From Chamaesiphon sp. (lineage in GTDB: Bacteria > Cyanobacteriota > Cyanobacteriia > Cyanobacteriales > Chamaesiphonaceae), in assembly GCA_965246715.1 (NCBI GenBank), contig CBDFFH010000051.1, positions 128,001-192,000 on the forward strand: a DNA stretch of 64,000 nt. The letters are read 5' to 3'. The position numbers were made by a program, and so were the translations under genes. Positions 51,516 through 59,361 of this stretch are shown here, one piece after another. The notes below the pieces were generated by a model. The model searched no databases, was not told the DNA's origin, and worked only from the letters and a program-made list of their open reading frames with translations. Position 1 is the stretch's first letter. Each line of letters opens with the position of its first letter.

Positions 51516-52337
51516 ATGAGCGATATTTTAAGACACGACTCCAGAAGTACCCAAGAGATCGTTCGATCGGCTATTTCAACAGCAGATGAAGACGTTTGTT
51601 GGGATAATATCTGGATCTTACAAGCACGCGGCGGGAAAGAAGAACTAGCCGCAGCAGCAAAATTATGTAAAAGTCTCGATCCGAACGATCGGATCGTTGG
51701 GGTAAATATTTTGGGACAATTAGGCATACCCGATCGCACTTTCCCGCAGGAATGTGGTGATGTGTTACTCGACTTAATCTCGACAGAGGAGGACAGTAAC
51801 GTCCTCGCCTCGATTGGCATTGCCTTCGGACACCTCAAAGATGCCAGAGGTGTTTTACCATTAATAAAATTCAAAGAGCATCCCAATCCTGGCGTGCGGA
51901 TGAGCGTAGTGCTAGGTTTGACCGCACAAGAAGACGAACGCGCGATTGCCGCATTAATCGAACTGTCTGCCGATGATGATGGCGATATCCGCAATTGGGC
52001 GACGTTTGCCCTGGGTTCGCAAGTAGATAACGATACTTCAGCACTACGCGATGCATTATTCGATCGGGCAATTTTAGAGACAGGAGCCGACGATCCGAGT
52101 GCCGAAATCCGGGGCGAAGCATTACTAGGTTTGGCAGTCAGAAAAGATCGACGGGTTATCTCGCCACTGCTCGAAGAGCTTGAAGGTGAATCTGTAGGCG
52201 TACTGGCCGTCGAAGCAGCCTTAGCCGCCGCCGATGTCAGGCTCTATCCTGCCTTGATCGCACTGCAAGAGTGGTGGGATTTGGATACTGAATTATTGGA
52301 ATCGGCTATTGCTAGCTGCAACTCAAGTCGAGCCTAG
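51516..52337 (+). CDS. HEAT-repeat protein
   Basis: HPNPGVRMSV, DDDGDIRNWATFALG, EIRGEALLGLA repeats. Confidence 0.8.
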   Translation: MSDILRHDSRSTQEIVRSAISTADEDVCWDNIWILQARGGKEELAAAAKLCKSLDPNDRIVGVNILGQLGIPDRTFPQECGDVLLDLISTEEDSNVLASIGIAFGHLKDARGVLPLIKFKEHPNPGVRMSVVLGLTAQEDERAIAALIELSADDDGDIRNWATFALGSQVDNDTSALRDALFDRAILETGADDPSAEIRGEALLGLAVRKDRRVISPLLEELEGESVGVLAVEAALAAADVRLYPALIALQEWWDLDTELLESAIASCNSSRA

Positions 52338-52387
52338 CGCCATATTAAAAGTCGGGTTGCTGAAAATTGCAGGATGAATCGCCGCTA

Positions 52388-52433
52388 AAATTAATGGTAG
52401 GGGCGATTTATGAATCGCCCCTACCGTTAATTT
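52388..52433. repeat. GTAGGGGC...GCCCCTAC palindrome between convergent genes; probable terminator
   Basis: aaattaatggtaggggcgatttatgaatcgcccctaccgttaattt. Confidence 0.7.
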
Positions 52434-52471
52434 CCAAGATTGTACAAGGTAATTCAGGAAGGCTCAAAAGT

Positions 52472-53065
52472 CTAATACTGGCTATTGTCGATCGCATATT
52501 GCGCGATGAGAATAGTTAACTTTGCCCGTTCGATTTCAGACAATTGCTTCCACTCTACCGCTCTGACGATATTATTGGGTTCGTCAACACCAGGATTGCA
52601 GCGCATCGCATAGGCATAAGGTCGAGCCATCACTAACAAGTCATCAGTCGCCCAATTCGATAGCAACTCGCGGACGGATTGGACTAGTTGCTCGACAGGT
52701 TCGAGATTGCTACTAGCTAGAGCACTGACATTAGTAGCGATTGTTGCCAACCACTGTTGTGGTACTCTGGAGCCAAATTTAGCAGTGAGCGCTTCGAGGG
52801 GATTGAGTTCTGGCTCGGCACTGGGGGAATTTTTCCAGCAAGCTTGCACCTGACTGAAAAAAGATTGCGATCTCTGGCCGAGTTCTGCTTCCGACCATTC
52901 ATCTAGATTAAAATTGCGATCTGATTCGGCATAATAGTCGGCTGCTTCTGGATCTGTGGGGTTCCATGGATAATCGATGGTAGACGAAGCAAGGAGACCG
53001 TTCATCAAGTCAGCTTCAGCTTCAGATGATTTGTGAGATGAGGATTGAGGCTTATTGAATGACAT
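52472..53065 (-). CDS. Conserved cyanobacterial protein, probable distant PatU3 homolog
   Basis: 197 aa; YPW, VPQQWLATIA, ASSNLEPVEQLVQSVRELL and WKQLSEIERAKLTILIA align by eye with recalled PatU3 blocks; the CDS is solid, the PatU3 call is less so. Confidence 0.55.
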   Translation of the reverse strand: MSFNKPQSSSHKSSEAEADLMNGLLASSTIDYPWNPTDPEAADYYAESDRNFNLDEWSEAELGQRSQSFFSQVQACWKNSPSAEPELNPLEALTAKFGSRVPQQWLATIATNVSALASSNLEPVEQLVQSVRELLSNWATDDLLVMARPYAYAMRCNPGVDEPNNIVRAVEWKQLSEIERAKLTILIAQYAIDNSQY

Positions 53066-53186
53066 GATTGTGCTCCTTGCGTGTGGGGTGGGGTTTAATT
53101 AATATATTAATTTATCTAACTAGGTTGATAAACTTTGGAACTTTTGCGAAGTGAAGTTTATTTAACAGTTGTTTTGGTCTATTGTT

Positions 53187-53216
53187 GACTACATTTAGAC
53201 CCTAAGCGATTCCGTA
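53187..53216 (-). promoter_or_regulatory. DIF1-like promoter motif upstream of the 197-aa gene
   Basis: Minus strand TACGGA-N18-GTAGTC (tccgta 53211-53216, gactac 53187-53192). Confidence 0.6.
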
Positions 53217-53636
53217 AAATTGGAAATATTTTCACTCAATATCTGACTGGCTCTGACGAGAACCCGAACCCTGAGTCCAAATCGTGAGCAAAGGACGTTA
53301 ATTTTTTAGCATCATCGATCGGCTATCTGAGATTTTACACGTTCGATCGCCCGATCGATCTAGGATCGAGTTTAAAAGATGCGATCGCGAAATCCGAGCG
53401 AGCTGGTTAAATTTGAGTTTGCCTCTATCACTATAGATCGAGACATCGCTATCGATATCTACCCATAGTCGTAACTCTCTCTAAGCTAATCGGAGCGTCT
53501 GCGATCGCGGACGATCGGTGATAAACCATGTCAGTCTATCATTAAATGTGAATTTAGCGTCGATCGGTAGCTAACGAGATCGCCCGTTGTCAAGATTGAG
53601 TCGCCTATTTACCCGCGTTCCAAGTCATCTCCATCA

Positions 53637-53796
53637 GAGGGTGTCTGAAAAGCTGCTAGCGGTTGAAACCGCCGCTACCGCTGCAAAGTCGGCTACACAG
53701 ACTAAGGTTTTCTGCAACCTGCGGAGGCAGGTTTTGTAAATGTAGCCGCGATTTCAATCGCTAGGCTACCAACTCTGGGACTTTTCAGACACCCTC
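53637..53796. mobile_element. IS5-type MITE
   Basis: gagggtgtctgaaaag / cttttcagacaccctc perfect 16-bp TIR; 3-bp TCA duplication. Confidence 0.85.
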
Positions 53797-53983
53797 TCAG
53801 GGCTACTGCTACCATCTTGCATCTATCAGAATTAACTCACACCCGATCGGCTGGTACTGTCGATCTCACATTATTCCTAGATTCACGATCCTGAGAAATA
53901 AAAAATCTTTACCTGTAAGCCTCTCCCAGCAAGCATTTTGGTTGTATATCGACATAAATTGCAGGAAAAAGTTTTCGAACATT

Positions 53984-54120
53984 TGCGGAAAGCAATAGCA
54001 AATGTCTGTAGTCATAATCACAAGCACAAACGACACAACTCACAACAACAGTTAACCGCTTAAAAATCAGTCTAAATTAAATTTTTAAACTTTGCGGAAT
54101 TAACCAAAAATATTTGTAGT
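53984..54120 (+). promoter_or_regulatory. Tandem DIF1-like promoter motifs, unit 1
   Basis: TGCGGA-N18-GTAGT (53984-54012) and TGCGGA-N17-GTAGT (54093-54120). Confidence 0.65.
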
Positions 54121-54176
54121 CCTAAGTGTAAGTAAAGCAAAAACAAACTACTAATTATCTCACAGGAATCAAAATC

Positions 54177-54476
54177 ATGAACTTCAAATCTTTAATCGCT
54201 GTTGGTCTCGGTATTGCTACTCTCGCCATTTCTCTCCCCGCTCATGCGGATAGCGCAACTGTGATTCAAACCGAACAAGATGCTGTTGTAACTGGAAAAA
54301 AGAACATTACTACTCAATCTAACAACACTCGCGTTGGCAACTACGAACGTGGCAATCGCGACAATTCTGGCACTTCGATCGGTACTAGCCAACGTTCTGA
54401 TGTCTTTGGTGAAAAGAACAAAACCAGTCAAACTAACTCTACTGCTGTTGGTAACTTCCGCATTCGCAACCGTTAA
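54177..54476 (+). CDS. Secreted curlin-like repeat protein, copy 1
   Basis: 99 aa; Sec signal ending AHA; two internal ~37-aa repeats; AGGA RBS. Confidence 0.85.
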   Translation: MNFKSLIAVGLGIATLAISLPAHADSATVIQTEQDAVVTGKKNITTQSNNTRVGNYERGNRDNSGTSIGTSQRSDVFGEKNKTSQTNSTAVGNFRIRNR

Positions 54477-54572
54477 TACTTTCTCGCCTAGTGTGGTTGT
54501 CCACTGAGCTTGTAGGCAACCGTAGTTCAAGCAAACTCTAAAATTATTTACTTACTCATAGGAATCAAAATC

Positions 54573-54872
54573 ATGAACTTCAAATCTTTAATCGCTGTTG
54601 GTTTAGGTATTGCTACTCTCGCCATTTCTCTCCCCGCTCATGCGGATAGTGCAACTGTGATTCAAACCGAACAAGATGCTGTTGTAACTGGAAAAAAGAA
54701 CATTACTACTCAATCTAACAACACTCGCGTTGGCAACTACGAACGTGGCAATCGCGACAATTCTGGCACTTCGATCGGTACTAGCCAACGTTCTGATGTC
54801 TTTGGTGAAAAGAACAAAACTAGTCAAACTAACTCTACTGCTGTTGGTAACTTCCGCATTCGCAACCGTTAA
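54573..54872 (+). CDS. Secreted curlin-like repeat protein, copy 2
   Basis: Protein identical to copy 1; start 396 bp downstream. Confidence 0.85.
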   Translation: MNFKSLIAVGLGIATLAISLPAHADSATVIQTEQDAVVTGKKNITTQSNNTRVGNYERGNRDNSGTSIGTSQRSDVFGEKNKTSQTNSTAVGNFRIRNR

Positions 54873-54968
54873 TACTCTCTAGCCTAGTGTGGTTGTCCAC
54901 TGAGCTTGTGGGCAACCGTAGTTCAAGCAAACTCTAAAATTATTTACTTACTCATAGGAATCAAAATC

Positions 54969-55268
54969 ATGAACTTCAAATCTTTAATCGCTGTTGGTCT
55001 CGGTATTGCTACTCTCGCCATTTCTCTCCCCGCTCATGCGGATAGCGCAACTGTGATTCAAACCGAACAAGATGCTGTTGTAACTGGAAAAAAGAACATT
55101 ACTACTCAATCTAACAACACTCGCGTTGGCAACTACGAACGTGGCAATCGCGACAATTCTGGCACTTCGATCGGTACTAGCCAACGTTCTGATGTCTTTG
55201 GTGAAAAGAACAAAACCAGTCAGACTAACTCCACTGCTGTTGGTAACTTCCGCATTCGCAACAAATAG
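54969..55268 (+). CDS. Secreted curlin-like repeat protein, copy 3
   Basis: ATG at 54969 by homology; differs from copy 1 only at the last residue (K for R). Confidence 0.85.
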   Translation: MNFKSLIAVGLGIATLAISLPAHADSATVIQTEQDAVVTGKKNITTQSNNTRVGNYERGNRDNSGTSIGTSQRSDVFGEKNKTSQTNSTAVGNFRIRNK

Positions 55269-55313
55269 TCACACCTGCTGCCATAATACTTATCGAACCT
55301 AAATAAAAGACTC

Positions 55314-55350
55314 AAGACCGAGCTGCAAAATTTTGCGGCTCGGTTTTTTT
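55314..55350 (+). terminator. Rho-independent terminator after copy 3
   Basis: accgagctgcaaaattttgcggctcggt followed by T-run. Confidence 0.8.
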
Positions 55351-55442
55351 AGTGGGAATCTACTAATTTAAGTACCAGAAAGTCTGGTGTTGATAGCACG
55401 ATCGCGAGCGGTTAGATTATTTTCTAGTTTCTAATGAAGATT

Positions 55443-55586
55443 TCCGGAAAGCAGCGAGAGCGATTTGTAGTTATTATTACGAACGCAAAAGACACAAGCT
55501 CACCCAAAGGTTGACCGATTAAAAGTTCAGATTAAAGTTGAAATTAAATCTTAGAACTTCCGGAATTAACTCAAAATATTTGTAGT
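55443..55586 (+). promoter_or_regulatory. Tandem DIF1-like promoter motifs, unit 2
   Basis: TCCGGA-N18-GTAGT (55443-55471) and TCCGGA-N17-GTAGT (55559-55586). Confidence 0.7.
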
Positions 55587-55642
55587 CTTAAGCATAAGTA
55601 AAGCAAAAACAAACTACTAATTATCTCACAGGAATCAAAATC

Positions 55643-55942
55643 ATGAACTTCAAATCTTTAATCGCTGCTGGTTTAGGTATTGCTACTCTCGCCATTTCTC
55701 TCCCCGCTCATGCGGATAGTGCAACTGTGATTCAAACCGAACAAGATGCTGTTGTGACTGGTAAAAGAAACGTGACAACTCAAAGCAATAGCACTGGTGT
55801 CTTCAACTACGAGCGCGGCAACCGCGACAATTCTGGGACTTCGATCGGTACTAGCCAACGTTCTGATGTCTTCGGTGAAAAGAACAAAACCAGTCAGACT
55901 AACTCCACTGCTGTTGGTAACTTCCGCATTCGCAACAAATAG
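55643..55942 (+). CDS. Secreted curlin-like repeat protein, copy 4
   Basis: 99-aa paralog with variant segment RNVTTQSNSTGVFNY. Confidence 0.85.
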   Translation: MNFKSLIAAGLGIATLAISLPAHADSATVIQTEQDAVVTGKRNVTTQSNSTGVFNYERGNRDNSGTSIGTSQRSDVFGEKNKTSQTNSTAVGNFRIRNK

Positions 55943-55987
55943 TCACAGCTGCTGTCATAATACTTATCGAACCTAAATAGAAGACTC

Positions 55988-56023
55988 AAGACAGAGCTGC
56001 AAGATTTTGCAGCTCTGTTTTTT
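55988..56023 (+). terminator. Rho-independent terminator after copy 4
   Basis: acagagctgcaagattttgcagctctgt followed by T-run; compensatory change relative to the 55314 stem. Confidence 0.8.
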
Positions 56024-56115
56024 GGTGAGAATTTACTAATTCGAGTGCCTGAAAGTTTGGTGGTGTAGGTCTTGTCGCGATCGAGCAGATTATTTTCGAG
56101 TTTCTAATGAAGATT

Positions 56116-56259
56116 TACGGAAAGCAGCTAGAGCGAGCTGTAGTTATTATTACGAACGCAAAAGACACAAAATCACCCGAAGGTTGACCGATTAAAAGTT
56201 CAGATTAAAGTTGAAATTAAATCTGATAGCTTCCGGAATCAACTCAAAATATTTGTAGT
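56116..56259 (+). promoter_or_regulatory. Tandem DIF1-like promoter motifs, unit 3
   Basis: TACGGA-N18-GTAGT (56116-56144) and TCCGGA-N17-GTAGT (56232-56259). Confidence 0.68.
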
Positions 56260-56317
56260 CTTAAGCATAAGTAAATCAAAAAAACAAACTACTAATTATC
56301 TCACAGGAATCCAAATC

Positions 56318-56617
56318 ATGAACTTCAAATCTTTAATCGCTGCTGGTTTAGGTGTTGCTACTCTCGCCATCTCGCTTCCCGCTCATGCTGATAGTGCAAC
56401 GGTAATTCAAACTCAGCAAGATGCAGTCGTGACTGGAAAAAACAACACTACTACTCAATACAACAACACTCGCGTTGGTAACTACGAACGTGGCAACCGC
56501 GACAATTCTGGCACAGCAATCGGCACTAGTCAACGCGCTGATGTCTTCGGCGAGCAAAACCGCACCAGCCAAACTAACTCCACTTCCGTTGGTAACTTCC
56601 GCGTTCGCAACAAATAG
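56318..56617 (+). CDS. Secreted curlin-like repeat protein, copy 5
   Basis: 99-aa paralog, most divergent in repeat 2 (RADVFGEQNRT). Confidence 0.85.
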   Translation: MNFKSLIAAGLGVATLAISLPAHADSATVIQTQQDAVVTGKNNTTTQYNNTRVGNYERGNRDNSGTAIGTSQRADVFGEQNRTSQTNSTSVGNFRVRNK

Positions 56618-56712
56618 TCACTCGCCGATTGTGGTTGTCCGGCAAGCTGCCAGACAACCGTAGTTCTCACAAACTCTAACTTATTACTCACTTACTTACA
56701 GGAATCCAAATC

Positions 56713-57012
56713 ATGAACTTCAAATCTTTAATCGCTGTTGGTTTAGGTGTTGCTACTTTGGCGATTTCGCTCCCCGCTCATGCTGATAGTGCCACTGTAA
56801 TTCAAACCGAGCAAGGTGCGGTGGTAACTGGGAAAAGAAACATCACCACTCAAAACAATACCACTGGTGTCATCAACTACGAACGTGGCAACCGCGATAA
56901 TTCTGGCACGGCAATCGGTACTAGCCAACGTTCTGATGTCTTTGGCGAAAAGAACAAAACTAGCCAAACTAACTCTACTGCTGTTGGTAACTTCCGCGTT
57001 CGCAACAAATAG
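56713..57012 (+). CDS. Secreted curlin-like repeat protein, copy 6
   Basis: 99-aa paralog; start 395 bp after copy 5. Confidence 0.85.
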   Translation: MNFKSLIAVGLGVATLAISLPAHADSATVIQTEQGAVVTGKRNITTQNNTTGVINYERGNRDNSGTAIGTSQRSDVFGEKNKTSQTNSTAVGNFRVRNK

Positions 57013-57107
57013 TCACTCGAATAGTGTGGTTGTCCAGCAAGCTGCCAGACAACCGTAGTTCTCACAAACTCTAACTTATTACTCACTCACTTACAGGAAT
57101 CCAAATC

Positions 57108-57407
57108 ATGAACTTCAAATCTTTAATCGCTGTTGGTTTAGGTGTTGCTACTTTGGCGATTTCGCTCCCCGCTCATGCTGATAGTGCCACTGTAATTCAA
57201 ACCGAGCAAGGTGCTGTAGTGACTGGGAAAAGAAACGTCACCACTCAAAATAATACCACTGGTGTTATTAACTACGAACGTGGCAACCGTGATAATTCTG
57301 GCACGGCAATCGGTACTAGCCAACGTTCTGATGTCTTCGGCGAAAAGAACAAAACTGGCCAAACTAACTCTACTGCTGTTGGTAACTTCCGCATTCGCAA
57401 CAAATAG
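57108..57407 (+). CDS. Secreted curlin-like repeat protein, copy 7
   Basis: 99-aa paralog; start 395 bp after copy 6. Confidence 0.85.
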   Translation: MNFKSLIAVGLGVATLAISLPAHADSATVIQTEQGAVVTGKRNVTTQNNTTGVINYERGNRDNSGTAIGTSQRSDVFGEKNKTGQTNSTAVGNFRIRNK

Positions 57408-57473
57408 TCACTCGACTAGTGTGGTTGTCTGACACTCCATCGACAAGCATCGAATCTTGCAGGAACTAAAGTG

Positions 57474-57508
57474 CAAAAATAGAGACGCTATATACGTCTC
57501 TATTTTTG
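57474..57508 (+). terminator. Terminator hairpin closing the array
   Basis: caaaaatagagacg-ctatata-cgtctctatttttg. Confidence 0.75.
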
Positions 57509-57616
57509 TGCGATCGAGATGAAAACTTGCTAAATCGTTATATAGTAGGTAACTTACCTGAGTTAGTGTAGCTCTGCCTTGTAAGCCCCAAATTATTGTG
57601 AAGATTATCCACATCT

Positions 57617-59221
57617 ATGAATAGATGGCAGCATAGCTTAATTTCGATCGCCTTGCTCGGCATCGCGAGTTGCGCTCAAAATAGCAATCCTGGCGATATC
57701 GCGACGAGTCAGGATGCGGGGAGAATTACTGTCGGCACGACACAAAAACCACGTACGCTCGATCCATCAGATGCGTATGAGTTGAGGTCGATCGCGTTGA
57801 TTCGTAATTTGAGCGATCGACTATATACTTACGATCCGGGCAGTACGGAACTCAAGCCGCAATTGGCGACAGCTTTACCAACAGTCAGTCCGGATGGTTT
57901 GACTTATATCATTCGATTGCGTCAGGGCGTATTATTTCACGATGGTACGGCTTTTGATGCCAAAGCGATGAAATTTTCGCTCGATCGCTTTATCCAAAAT
58001 AAGGGTAAGCCAGCATTTCTCCTCGCCGAACGGGTGGCAGAAATTACGGCAACAGGTGCCTACGAATTGACTATTAAACTTAAAAAGCCGTTTGCTGCAT
58101 TTCCTTCGATGTTAGCTTTCCCTGGCACTTGTGCGGTATCTCCCAAGGCATATAAGATCGGTGCAAATCTATTTGAGGCAAATACTTTTGTCGGGACTGG
58201 CCCGTATAAACTTGGAGAATATGGTACCGATCGCGTGAAATTTGAAGTGTTCGATCGCTATTGGGGCGCAAAACCGAGCAATCGCGGCATCAATCTTCAG
58301 ATTTTTTCCAACAACGCCGCCAATCTCTATAACTCCTTCCGCACTGGGGCTGTGGATGTAGCTTTTCAAGCCTTAGAACCAGATCAAGTCAAAAGTTTGG
58401 ATGAAGGAGCCAAGGCAGGTAAATGGCAATCGATCGCGATCGATGGTAGCGTTACTAGTTACCTGATTCTGAATGTCCTCCAGAAGCCACTAGATAACCC
58501 CCTGGTAAGACAAGCACTCGCCGCGCTAGTCGATCGACCGACCATTAACGAACGTGTCCTGTACGGGCAAGGCAAGCCCTTGTACAGCATCGTTCCCGAT
58601 ACCTTTAGCGTCTCTCAACCAGTTTTTAAAACCGCTTATGGGGATGGCAATATTGTCAAAGCCAAACAACTGTTAACTCAAGCCGGATTTTCGCCGCAAA
58701 ACCCTGCCAAAATTCAAATCTGGTATCCCTCTGGTTCTACTAGTCGGCGACTGACTGCGGGCTTTCTGCGCGCCTATGCCAAGCAAAAATTGGGTGGGAT
58801 GCTAGAGTTAGAGCCAAACACGATCGAGTCAGCATCGTTCTTTAAATACGCTAGCAAAAATATTTATCCCGCGACGCTCCAAGATTGGTATCCCGACTTT
58901 CTCGATCCCGATAATTTCGTCCAACCCTTCCTAGAATGTCCGAAAGGAACTGTCGCACAAGGCTGTAAAGAGGGCGGCAGTCAATCACAAGGTTCGTTTT
59001 ATTATAGCGAGCGCATGAATCAAGCGATCGCCGCCCAAGGTAGCGAACTCAATCCTGTCAAACGCCAACAAATTTATGCTGATATTCAAGCGCAAATCCA
59101 ACAAGATGTCCCGCTAATTCCGCTGTGGCAAACCAAAGATTTTGTCTTCGCCAAAAAAGGCATGAGTGGGATCGCGATCGATCCGTTGCAAAATCTGTTG
59201 TATTCGCAGATGAAAAAGTAG
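57617..59221 (+). CDS. Peptide/nickel ABC transporter substrate-binding lipoprotein (SBP family 5)
   Basis: Lipobox IASC, TLDP, LKPQLA, FHDGT, VGTGPYKL, WYPDFLDPDNF. Confidence 0.88.
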   Translation: MNRWQHSLISIALLGIASCAQNSNPGDIATSQDAGRITVGTTQKPRTLDPSDAYELRSIALIRNLSDRLYTYDPGSTELKPQLATALPTVSPDGLTYIIRLRQGVLFHDGTAFDAKAMKFSLDRFIQNKGKPAFLLAERVAEITATGAYELTIKLKKPFAAFPSMLAFPGTCAVSPKAYKIGANLFEANTFVGTGPYKLGEYGTDRVKFEVFDRYWGAKPSNRGINLQIFSNNAANLYNSFRTGAVDVAFQALEPDQVKSLDEGAKAGKWQSIAIDGSVTSYLILNVLQKPLDNPLVRQALAALVDRPTINERVLYGQGKPLYSIVPDTFSVSQPVFKTAYGDGNIVKAKQLLTQAGFSPQNPAKIQIWYPSGSTSRRLTAGFLRAYAKQKLGGMLELEPNTIESASFFKYASKNIYPATLQDWYPDFLDPDNFVQPFLECPKGTVAQGCKEGGSQSQGSFYYSERMNQAIAAQGSELNPVKRQQIYADIQAQIQQDVPLIPLWQTKDFVFAKKGMSGIAIDPLQNLLYSQMKK

Positions 59222-59226
59222 GGAAT

Positions 59227-59275
59227 AGTGAACAGTGAGCAGTCAACAGTCAACAGTGAGCAGTCAACAGTGAAC
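59227..59275 (+). repeat. Heptamer tandem repeat AGT(G/C)A(A/G)C x7 (STRR-type)
   Basis: agtgaac agtgagc agtcaac agtcaac agtgagc agtcaac agtgaac; complementary ttcactgttcact at ~59335. Confidence 0.8.
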
Positions 59276-59361
59276 ATTATTTCAGCAGATTAATAATGGA
59301 TATTAGTTAAAAATTTCCTAATCCCTAAAGCCTATTCACTGTTCACTATCCCCCTAACATC

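Noticed and set aside
54343..54366. YERGNRDN resembles the ERGSGR patterning peptide of PatS/HetN/PatX, tempting given the DIF1-like promoters and signal peptide
   Set aside because: The RGSGR pentapeptide is not present; the segment is better explained as the linker between the two beta repeats. Worth revisiting only if processed peptides are found
54906..54968. N-terminal extension of copy 3 in the ORF track
   Set aside because: Homologous to the intergenic spacer; the true start is ATG 54969 after the AGGA RBS
54192..57362. Repeated minus-strand ORFs across the array
   Set aside because: Antisense shadows of the plus-strand genes with variable length and no consistent start
54177..57407. 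RiPP/bacteriocin precursor cluster
   Set aside because: Sec-type AxA signal rather than a double-glycine or Nif11 leader, no Cys, and no modifying enzyme or peptidase transporter nearby; the downstream ABC genes are an importer type
54130..57430. Array as a CRISPR or non-coding repeat array
   Set aside because: Units are ~395-675 bp, each with an intact ORF and RBS; there is no short repeat/unique spacer structure and no cas genes in the window
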